64,000 nt of DNA from a virus: positions 1 through 64,000 of the IMG/VR virus record IMGVR_UViG_3300031715_000001. One strand, given 5' to 3'. The notes below the pieces were generated by a model. That model was not told the DNA's origin and did not search any database. It worked only from the letters and a program-made list of their open reading frames with translations. A program made the position numbers and the translations under genes. This document shows, piece by piece, positions 54,901 through 62,055 of this stretch (the stretch's first letter is position 1; the number at the start of each line of letters is the position of its first letter).

Positions 54901-56679
54901 CAGGGTGGTGTTGCCGACGAGTTGGACAACCCCTGAATTAACCCCATTGTTGGCGGAAGAGACCGGGCCTGGGAAGGTTGTGGTGGCTACTCCCGTCGCG
55001 CTGCCGGTGTGGGTGAAGGCGATGGTAGAGGCGGCATCGGTTCCATTCCCCGGCTGAAATTGAAGCGAGACGCAGCCCTTGGTTGAAGCCGCCGCGTGCC
55101 ATTCGTTACCGCAGGAGAGATCTAGGGATGGACCGCTTTGGGAAGTACTGGAGGTTGCGGCGGTTGTGTTGTACCAGGCAAACGCATCTGCCAACGCTGA
55201 GGTGTAGTCAAAAACCGACGTGTCCCCGGTCATGCTAAGGGTGAGGTTTCCGGTTGGGTTGCCGATAGCGCTCCAAATTACCGAGCCCGATCCAACAGCC
55301 CCGCAGGTTAGCGTGTGGCTTGGATAGACCAGTGCATGTGCGCCGTCATTGGCACAGACGGGGATGGCTTGAGTGCTTGGGATTGCTGAGGAGGCAGTGA
55401 AATTACCGAAGATGTTGTCCGCGCCGACGCTGGCTAATCCGCCTGCCGGGAGGCCAAGCGCATTTGCTAGATTTACGCTGACTGGCGTTCCAAGTGCAGG
55501 AGCTACCAAGGTTTTACTGGAGAGGGTTTGGGGGTCGGTGGTGCCGACTATCGTACCTGTGGGCGCAGCCACCGTGGTTCCCCACGAGGTGCCTGAAACT
55601 ACAATCGGAACGCCGGAGCCGGTAGGATAGACCATCCCGCTTCCGCTCCCAAGGGCGGTCCATATATTTGTAGTAGCGCAGCCTTTGAACGTCGCCGCCA
55701 CGGTATTAAATTCGATCTGACCAGCCGCGCAACTTGCTGGGTCGGAGGCATGGTTGGGGAGTAACAGATCCACAGCGCTGAAACTCTGCAACCCTGTGGA
55801 GTACGTATTCGCTTGGTCGTTGAATACAACATCGCTGGCTAGGCGCGCTTTTGCAAGCGTCCCAGTCCACCCTGCCGTAAGGACTCCGCCAGATAGTGAA
55901 AGCGTTACATTGGTATCATTCGCGGTGGATGTGACCGTGCCTAAACAGGACCCACTGCCGAACAATGCGTGGGTGGCGTCACAAGTACCAGTCCACAGGC
56001 CAATTATGTCGCTAGCCAACGCAGACGCCGTCCCTCCAGCCCCATTACCTTTGAGTGGAGCGCTTCCGGAAGTTGCGGCCACGTAATCGGTGCCAGCAAC
56101 AGCTAATCCCGCCACACCGCTGGTAACCTTCACGATTCCCGTACCGGAGGGAGCAGGACCAGCCGGACCAGCCGGTCCAGTTGCGCCAGTCGCCCCAGGG
56201 ACTCCGGGGAGTCCCCACGTCATGGTGACAGACCCGGTGATGGAGCCTCCCGCCACCACCATCCGGATGTCGATGAGGTCATTCACGGCTGTCGTGAAAT
56301 TAGCGGTGCTGCCGCATGTGATATTTGCCGGCGCGGAAGAACTGCCATTGACAGGGCACGTCACTGTTTGCGGCAACGTGTTGTCCATAAATGTAAATGT
56401 GGCCGTGACGCCGGCACCTAGAGCGGAACTCCAGCGCGCCGCGAAATTTGAAATAGAACCAGCGATCAGTACAGGCGTTTGGACAACGGTCTCAGTCGTG
56501 TTGGCCGCGATATTGCCGCCGGCTGCCGGGAAGTAGTAAGTGCCTGCGATATAGGTGGCGGATGCAACCGCGGAACTTCCGCCGCCTCCCCCGCCGCCGC
56601 CCGTGCCGCCCGGACCATTGACGAACTGAGCCTGGACGAATGCGCACACGAATACGGCAAAGAAAAGAAGTCTTCTCAT
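51943..56679 (-). CDS. Tail-fibre-like protein, 1578 aa
   Basis: Collagen-like GxT/GPA, LTGDVT, SPALTGTPTAPT..ATDAFV, QYNNAGAFGG; signal peptide. Confidence 0.75.
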   Translation of the reverse strand: MRRLLFFAVFVCAFVQAQFVNGPGGTGGGGGGGGSSAVASATYIAGTYYFPAAGGNIAANTTETVVQTPVLIAGSISNFAARWSSALGAGVTATFTFMDNTLPQTVTCPVNGSSSAPANITCGSTANFTTAVNDLIDIRMVVAGGSITGSVTMTWGLPGVPGATGATGPAGPAGPAPSGTGIVKVTSGVAGLAVAGTDYVAATSGSAPLKGNGAGGTASALASDIIGLWTGTCDATHALFGSGSCLGTVTSTANDTNVTLSLSGGVLTAGWTGTLAKARLASDVVFNDQANTYSTGLQSFSAVDLLLPNHASDPASCAAGQIEFNTVAATFKGCATTNIWTALGSGSGMVYPTGSGVPIVVSGTSWGTTVAAPTGTIVGTTDPQTLSSKTLVAPALGTPVSVNLANALGLPAGGLASVGADNIFGNFTASSAIPSTQAIPVCANDGAHALVYPSHTLTCGAVGSGSVIWSAIGNPTGNLTLSMTGDTSVFDYTSALADAFAWYNTTAATSSTSQSGPSLDLSCGNEWHAAASTKGCVSLQFQPGNGTDAASTIAFTHTGSATGVATTTFPGPVSSANNGVNSGVVQLVGNTTLWPILANIFSFIGPDVATFTGYGLQASPTGPSAAGVMLVGAPSSNVSQITYGLVPAADLVNAGVFTGDVSGTFPATTVAGINGVPLCSGFTPTNGQAIEYTTGGSPNPCYNAVTPSGGGGGSPGGSSTQIQYNNAGAFGGISQLTYSGTTITLGSGGIFDGSAGNLKIPAAAGFTATATDNFGINSTNAQPMIWGNGANAYSAYSTVNLGNGVISMGGGFGGQLTTSNFSAPGNTMYNNSGNPGVYDGGLDTALNGTLPGGVFRGADSQAGGGSSSVGGYTLVRGGNNAVANAASVAGSLQLQGGESTGTTQGLQGPLILLQPYDKGTTATQFNLECPVAATANTVADCPASPTNWLGAAEKVLTNTVHVAKIGSLIPINASSAVTLNHTVCAGSTAGQVTDSGGTSSCTSGQGSTVGIVMAVAGTLPAGMFGDGISATLSTTLPLIDMNPAGAAASGGGISALTGDVTASGSGSVAATVVQVEGAAIPTSATLLGTNSSKQLIATTTTGTGTTAVLSASPALTGTPTAPTQTAGDNSTDLATDAFVTTAVSNAIAAVNPAVAVLAATTANIPGTYVQVGGGIGDTYTLTATGTTTIDGVTVSGTGQRYLLKNLSTAAYNGVYTVTVVGTTGISTVFTRALDYDTPSDVNNTGSIPVQSGTVNGTTSWLLTSQVTAIGSSGSAITYAQFSLNPATQVTSAAALTNNAVVIGQGSQAEATISADTTTTHALFATAGAPAFRAIATGDLPTITVSGGGTGDTSVTAFAPILGGTTSTGAFQSSVAGTSGQVFVSQGASTKPTYIDFPERLQIPAANCNNTTAGAGWSIGSGGTVGCRAGTNNQGGFVTITDTSSTFAQFSLTIPEDWDTATNPYVRFYFSAASDTTNGHTVIPQVKVSCPTAGNGTVSDDATFSAAQSSSTVTFGASAVANGFYNGSNVQFGATQMSGCIAGGLMIVQVGRATDTATGNINFYSADVTFPRLLVVQAN

Positions 56680-56748
56680 GAAGTTGGAACCTTAAAGTTG
56701 AAATTGGTGGAGAGCGGGGAGCTTTACGCTAGATCTCTAGGGCGCATA

Positions 56749-59700
56749 TTATTTGGCGGTCACTGTCCAGGCCGAGCCATCACAGTAGGCTTCGACGTGG
56801 TTTGATCCCCCGCCGGTGATTGTCGCTCCCCACGTGTTGGTCACTGAGTCGGTAACGGGCGCATGGCGCCCTTCGTTTCCGGATGCACAGGTAGCCAGAG
56901 CCGAGAATGAATTGGTTTTCGATCCGTAGGACCCGACGTCATCAAGCGACCAAGCCAGCGCTTTGGCGTTGTTCAAAATCTGGTACTGGCCCGCGCTGGC
57001 TACGCGAAAGTATTTTATGGGCGACGTGGCGCCGGTCTCCACATTTTCGAAAATCATCTCGTTGGTGTCGCTGGTTGCGTTGAAGCGGTAACGAGCCGGT
57101 GTCTCGAAGGTGGCGTATTGGGTGGCGGCCGTATAGGCGTTCAACTCAGTCGAATCAACAAGCGGAACTCCAGACGACGCCTGCACTGGCGCCCTCATGA
57201 CCAAACGTGTCGGCGGTGTCGATGTATCCAGCCTGATGCTGCGAAAGGTTCCCCCAAATTTCGGATTAATGAAGGAAACCAAGTCGGACGAGGTTTGGAC
57301 CTTGACGTCGCCGCCCAAGCCCGATGCATTATTGCTCCCGAACGTAGTGTTGCCGAACGACACGATGGCGCTGTTATCGATAAGCCCCGCGAATACGGAG
57401 CCGCTGACGGAATTGGAGAAAAAGGAATTGTCTATCTGAACGTTTCGCGCGTTGTGCGTATAGAGCGATGACGTTGAGGCGGTCCCATCGACGATCAACT
57501 GATCGAAAAACGAGAACATCGATTGCAGCGAATTGGTGTTCTCTATTTGTACGGCGACTGCCCACGCACCATAGATTCTGATCCCAAAGCCGTAGGTTGC
57601 TCCAGCAGCGGCCGCCGTGGTGGCAAGATCATGAAACGCTATCTGCCCGGTTCCCGCCGGCGGATTGATGACAACATTGTAGAAGCTGTTCTCTCCGGCG
57701 CTCCCCGTCTTGTCATGATGAACTGCGTCGCAACTGACATTGGTAATACCCAGATTGCCGAAACCGGATGCCTGCGTGAGGGCGATATTGAGGCCGTTAC
57801 AGCCGCCATAGAGAGATGCATCGGAGACGAAGTCAGGAACTCCGCCCAGGCCGCCGTAACTCGACACCACGACGTCGTCCTTTGTGGTGCTCTGGTTGTC
57901 CACCGTCAACTTGTGGAGTCCGACGCGGTCGCGTCCTATGGGGCCCGGATTTTGACTGTCGCAGGTGAACCGGAAGGCAGGATTCGGAATCGTGGCATCG
58001 TAGACCAAGACCACACCGCTTCGCGAGGTGCCGACTATTTCCACGAGGTTTAGATAGACCTCTACCCCGGCGTGCATTGTGAAGGTCCCGTCGGGAATGG
58101 TTACCGTGCCGGAGTGGCCGCCGAAGTTGGGATCCACTGGAAGAGCCCACATTGCTTCATCGATGCCGGCGGTTGCGCTCGATATCGTCCAGGAGCCGGT
58201 ATGATTATTAGCCGGCACAAAGGTGAGGGTTCCAGTGGAGGCGCCGGACGTGCACGTTCCACCGGTGATGAGCACCGCCTCGGCGGTTCCCGTCCCGGCC
58301 GAAATCCACTTGTAGTCGCGCGCGTTCGTCCCGTTCACCCCTAAAGGACAGGGAGCCATGTTGGCTGTGTTCGTAAGCCCCGCAATGAGGGTTCCTCCTG
58401 GACTTTGGGCTTGAAAGTTGTAATCAGCGGCATTATTGATGGCCAGCGTGCTGAACTGCAGTGTCGGCGTCACGATATTGGGCGCGACGCGCAAATAGTT
58501 AAGCTGCGCTCCCGTTCCCAGCCCGAGGCCGCCATTTGCGAGCTGTAATATTCCAGTCACATCCGTTGTGAGCCCGACCGGGGAATAAGCTGGAGGACCG
58601 GCCACGTTTCCGTGCAGCAAGGTGGTCGTCGTTCCTAGGGTCGAGAGCGCCGAAGTCCCCTGCGAACCGGCCCCGATGATCAGAGCGTTCAGCGTCTCCG
58701 CCGCGGCGCTCGTTACGCACGTCGGGCAGGCGATCGCGCCCGTAGCCGTGATCGGACCTCCGGTGATTGGACCGGTGGTCGTGATGCTCGTGACCGTGCC
58801 CGTTCCAGCCGTGTTAGCGACCCATTGGACACCGCCTGGTTGGGCGGAATTGGACTCCAGGACGAAGCCGTTGGTGCCCGCAACCGTGATCCCGAAGGTT
58901 CCGGTGCCGGTCCCGGTGACGATTCCGCCTTTGGCAACCCCGCTCGAATCGAAGCCGGTTCCGCCTTGCGCGGGCGTCACCGCCGCATTGGTGGTTAATA
59001 CCGTGGCGCTGGCGTTCGGGAATGCAAAGGTCTTGAGCGAAGTGGTGGGTCCTGAGACGGCGAAAAAGCCGTTGCCTGATCCACCGCTCGCGCCCGGCAG
59101 AATTCCCGCGACATCGGTGGTCAGAGTAACCGGAAGAAAAGAGCCGGTGCCTCCAGCGTTGCCGTGGTAGACCGTCGTCGTACTTCCAAGCGTCCCCAGC
59201 ACCGTCGCGTCGTTTGCACCATTGCCGATCAGCAGTTGTCCCGCAAAGAGTGGGCCGCTCGAGTTGGTAACCGTCCCCGCGCCCGCTACGGTCGCCCAGG
59301 TTCCATCGCCGCGCCAGAAAGTGATGCTCGACGCTCCCGTGCCGCCGTTCAAGTTTGAAACTGGTAGATTACCGGTCACGCCGCCATTTCCCGAGGCCGC
59401 CAGGTTGATCGCCGCCAGGCGCGCCCCTGCGACTGTTCCGCCCGAGAGATTGTTACCGTTCGTTGCGTCAATGGTCGCCGAAGGCGAAAAGCCGGTGCCG
59501 TTCGTGGTTGTGACGATCGTGGCGCAGCTTCCGGCCGCTTTCTGCACATCTCCGGTAAAAGCGGGAACTTGAGGACAGAGCAGCGAGCCGCTCAATACGG
59601 AAGCGGGCAGGCTTGTGATCCAGGCGGGATTCGAATAGCTTCCCGTCGAGACGATGAGATTCGCCGCCGGAATCGAACTGTCGATGATATTGCCGCTCGA

Positions 59701-60426
59701 ATCGAAGAACGGAATATCCCCTGTCGAAAAGACACCTGATCCGCTGGTGAGTTTCCCGCTGTTTCCATACAGCGAAGTGATGGGCACGCCTAGGATCTGA
59801 TTGGCGTTATTGATTCCGGTTCCTGAAAAGGTCAAGACACTGCTCGATCCGACCGTCAGGGTCTGGCCGGTGTTATTCACTCCGGTCAGGATGGAGGAAA
59901 AGGTGGTGGATCCGCCGCCTCCCCCTCCGCCCGCGCCCGGCGCCCAATAATTGCCGTTCCAGGTGAGCACGTTGCCGATCGAAGCGCCGGCGTTTGAGAT
60001 TTGCGCGGGTGCGATGATGCCGGTAGAAGGAGGCGGGCAACCGACTGAGGATTCGACGATGTTGAGCGAGACCGGGGAGGAGGAGACTGGGACGTACCAG
60101 TATCGTGAGCTGGCCTGCCCATTGAGCCGGTATTGGACTTGAAAACAGCCGATCGGCAACATGGCCGCGGTGGGGAACAAAGAGATGTTGACCGCACCGT
60201 TTGTGATCGAGACGGTCTCCGAGCCGGGAAAAATCACCTGCCGCGGATTGGCGTCGTTGGTGTAACGCCCCCACGAAATTACGATCGTGCCGCTTGGATG
60301 CGTATTGTTCGGCCAGGTGATGGTGTCGGAGATCTGGGTCAGCGCGGACTGCCCGAAAACATTGAGTGAAAACGCTAAAGCGATGGTAAGATACAGAATG
60401 AGCCGCGCGACGTTGACGCGCCGCAG
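56749..60426 (-). CDS. Tail-fibre/spike-like protein with C-terminal beta-helix (start uncertain)
   Basis: VTGNLPVSNLNGGTGAS..FWRGDGTW, DVTGIL..NGG, GTVTIPDGTF; hydrophobic leader RLILYLTIALAF. Confidence 0.7.
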   Translation of the reverse strand: MRRVNVARLILYLTIALAFSLNVFGQSALTQISDTITWPNNTHPSGTIVISWGRYTNDANPRQVIFPGSETVSITNGAVNISLFPTAAMLPIGCFQVQYRLNGQASSRYWYVPVSSSPVSLNIVESSVGCPPPSTGIIAPAQISNAGASIGNVLTWNGNYWAPGAGGGGGGGSTTFSSILTGVNNTGQTLTVGSSSVLTFSGTGINNANQILGVPITSLYGNSGKLTSGSGVFSTGDIPFFDSSGNIIDSSIPAANLIVSTGSYSNPAWITSLPASVLSGSLLCPQVPAFTGDVQKAAGSCATIVTTTNGTGFSPSATIDATNGNNLSGGTVAGARLAAINLAASGNGGVTGNLPVSNLNGGTGASSITFWRGDGTWATVAGAGTVTNSSGPLFAGQLLIGNGANDATVLGTLGSTTTVYHGNAGGTGSFLPVTLTTDVAGILPGASGGSGNGFFAVSGPTTSLKTFAFPNASATVLTTNAAVTPAQGGTGFDSSGVAKGGIVTGTGTGTFGITVAGTNGFVLESNSAQPGGVQWVANTAGTGTVTSITTTGPITGGPITATGAIACPTCVTSAAAETLNALIIGAGSQGTSALSTLGTTTTLLHGNVAGPPAYSPVGLTTDVTGILQLANGGLGLGTGAQLNYLRVAPNIVTPTLQFSTLAINNAADYNFQAQSPGGTLIAGLTNTANMAPCPLGVNGTNARDYKWISAGTGTAEAVLITGGTCTSGASTGTLTFVPANNHTGSWTISSATAGIDEAMWALPVDPNFGGHSGTVTIPDGTFTMHAGVEVYLNLVEIVGTSRSGVVLVYDATIPNPAFRFTCDSQNPGPIGRDRVGLHKLTVDNQSTTKDDVVVSSYGGLGGVPDFVSDASLYGGCNGLNIALTQASGFGNLGITNVSCDAVHHDKTGSAGENSFYNVVINPPAGTGQIAFHDLATTAAAAGATYGFGIRIYGAWAVAVQIENTNSLQSMFSFFDQLIVDGTASTSSLYTHNARNVQIDNSFFSNSVSGSVFAGLIDNSAIVSFGNTTFGSNNASGLGGDVKVQTSSDLVSFINPKFGGTFRSIRLDTSTPPTRLVMRAPVQASSGVPLVDSTELNAYTAATQYATFETPARYRFNATSDTNEMIFENVETGATSPIKYFRVASAGQYQILNNAKALAWSLDDVGSYGSKTNSFSALATCASGNEGRHAPVTDSVTNTWGATITGGGSNHVEAYCDGSAWTVTAK

Positions 60427-60459
60427 CGGCTCGGCACGAGACCCATAGGAGGGGTCAAC

Positions 60460-61266
60460 ATGCAAACCAATATTACACCTGCGCTCAGTTGGCACATCCA
60501 GGATATTTCCGGGCAGACCTTTGGAGCGCTCATCGTCGAAGAATTTAGTCATGTTGGAAAGAGACATACGACCTACTGGAAATGCCGTTGCGCATGCGGG
60601 GTGGTGAGAACCATCCGTCAGGACCAATTGAAAGCGGGCCAGCCCTGCAAGGCTTGCTATGTGGGGCAGAAGAGGGAACGAGTACTAGCGAGGATGGAAA
60701 AGCGCTGCAGTGTCTGCCATCAGACGCTTCCGCTATGCGGGTTCAATAAGGACAATCAATACACGGGGCGGATCAGTTCCCGCTGCAAGGCCTGCGCCAT
60801 AGAAATGCAAATACGACAGAGGGAGAGAATAAAGGTCCTAGCCCTTCAAAGGCAAAAGCGGAGAGCGTCAGAGTCCGCGTTGGAAGAAAAACTCTGCCCG
60901 AAATGCCACAAGACCAAACCGGTTGGAGACTTTTGGAAAACTAAGCAGACCGTTCATGGGCTAACGTCCCGGTGTAAGGAGTGCCTAGTAGCAGACGATC
61001 GCGAACGAAAATTCGGTCTTACTCCAGAAGCGCTGCAGTCTATGTCGAAGTCGCAAGGGAACTGTTGTTATGTCTGTCACAGTCCTTTTTCCGGCCCTCA
61101 CACAAGAGCAATAGACCATTGTCATGAGTCTGGATTGGTTCGCGGGCTATTATGCCCACAGTGCAATCTTGGACTCGGGTGTTTTCGTGACTCGCCTGAC
61201 CGACTCCGGGCCGCCGCTCTCTATATCGAGAAATGGCTGGAGCGGCGCGCCACCCCTGCGGCGTAA
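60460..61266 (+). CDS. Recombination endonuclease VII-family (homing-type) nuclease
   Basis: QGNCCYVC..IDHCHESGLVRGLLCPQCNLGLG..D; N-terminal GQTFGAL..WKCRCACG; AGGAGG RBS. Confidence 0.9.
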   Translation: MQTNITPALSWHIQDISGQTFGALIVEEFSHVGKRHTTYWKCRCACGVVRTIRQDQLKAGQPCKACYVGQKRERVLARMEKRCSVCHQTLPLCGFNKDNQYTGRISSRCKACAIEMQIRQRERIKVLALQRQKRRASESALEEKLCPKCHKTKPVGDFWKTKQTVHGLTSRCKECLVADDRERKFGLTPEALQSMSKSQGNCCYVCHSPFSGPHTRAIDHCHESGLVRGLLCPQCNLGLGCFRDSPDRLRAAALYIEKWLERRATPAA

Positions 61267-61308
61267 GCTAAATGCAGGTGTTAGGGATGAACCGGGATGA
61301 TCTTGTAG

Positions 61309-61707
61309 CTATTTCTTCTCGGGCGTAGGGGGCTTATTCCACCACACGTGCGGCGTTACGGGCCGCCCCTCCGGGCCCTTTAGCAACTTTCCATCCGGGC
61401 CGAATCCGCTGACTCCGCATTCCGGGGTCTTTATCTTGTCCTTGGGGACGCCCACCGATTCACAAGCTTTCGCTACCATCGCTTGCTGATCAGCGATCAC
61501 GGGATCGATCTCATTGTGATAGTCGTCGATCTTGTAATTCTTGTTGATCAGATTGATTTGAGAGATCGTGAAGGCTAAGTGATAGGTCTCTTCGTCGGTG
61601 AAATCTCTTCCATTCGATGATTTCTCGGTTTGCTTCGGAACTACTGATTTCGGTTCCTGAGCATAAATAAGTGATGTCAAAAGTGTAAGTAAAATCAAAA
61701 GCTTCAT
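61309..61707 (-). CDS. Exported protein of unknown function
   Basis: Signal peptide MKLLILLTLLTSLIYA. Confidence 0.6.
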   Translation of the reverse strand: MKLLILLTLLTSLIYAQEPKSVVPKQTEKSSNGRDFTDEETYHLAFTISQINLINKNYKIDDYHNEIDPVIADQQAMVAKACESVGVPKDKIKTPECGVSGFGPDGKLLKGPEGRPVTPHVWWNKPPTPEKK

Positions 61708-61723
61708 GCTTTTTCCTTTCGTG

Positions 61724-61760
61724 CGTCTCGTGCGCTCCTGGAACCCGCGCACGTTGGGGA
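61724..61760 (+). repeat. Family A element, short tail
   Basis: cgtctcgtgcgctcctggaacccgcgcacgttgggga. Confidence 0.85.
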
Positions 61761-61764
61761 TTAG

Positions 61765-62055
61765 TTATTTCGTATCGTCAGCAGCGCATGGAAACTGGTG
61801 CTCTGGAAACTCGGCAGGATCGCCGGGATACTCACCACCGCAGTTTTCGCAGTAGGTGACCGTCTCGTACGAGTCGGCCACGTCAGGAGGCCCACCAGCA
61901 CGCTGACTCTTCCATTTATGCTCCATCTCGCCAGTCTCCCACGTGCCCGTCGGCATCGAGCGAAGACGGGTCCCCGTACTTATCCGCAGGATAAGGCCGG
62001 GTATCCAGGATGCGAGTGGACGAGGGCACGAAACGCACGATAGCCTCAATTCCAT
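61765..62055 (-). CDS. Small Zn-ribbon protein bracketed by A copies
   Basis: HKW..YCENCGGE; start abuts upstream stop. Confidence 0.5.
   Translation of the reverse strand: MELRLSCVSCPRPLASWIPGLILRISTGTRLRSMPTGTWETGEMEHKWKSQRAGGPPDVADSYETVTYCENCGGEYPGDPAEFPEHQFPCAADDTK
61936..62035 (-). repeat. Family A element with nested B, short tail
   Basis: rc cgtttcgtgccctcgt[B]acgggcacgtgggag. Confidence 0.88.

Noticed and set aside
53114-59572. Long plus-strand ORFs (53114..54067, 58622..59170 etc.)
   Set aside because: Val/Pro/Ala-rich antisense shadows of Thr/Gly-rich fibre genes
60427-60627. Extended N-terminus of ORF 56749..60627
   Set aside because: Antisense to the EndoVII gene start and precedes a signal-like leader; likely not translated
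3563-62035. Family A as a CRISPR or other tandem guide array
   Set aside because: Copies are dispersed at irregular distances, in both orientations and separated by whole genes; no cas genes
3563-62035. Family A as intrinsic terminators
   Set aside because: No poly-T tract, either orientation, and several lie inside translated regions
3563-62035. Family A as classical integron attC sites
   Set aside because: No consistent RYYYAAC..GTTRRRY boxes, mixed orientation, and the integrase looks like a phage type with its own attP
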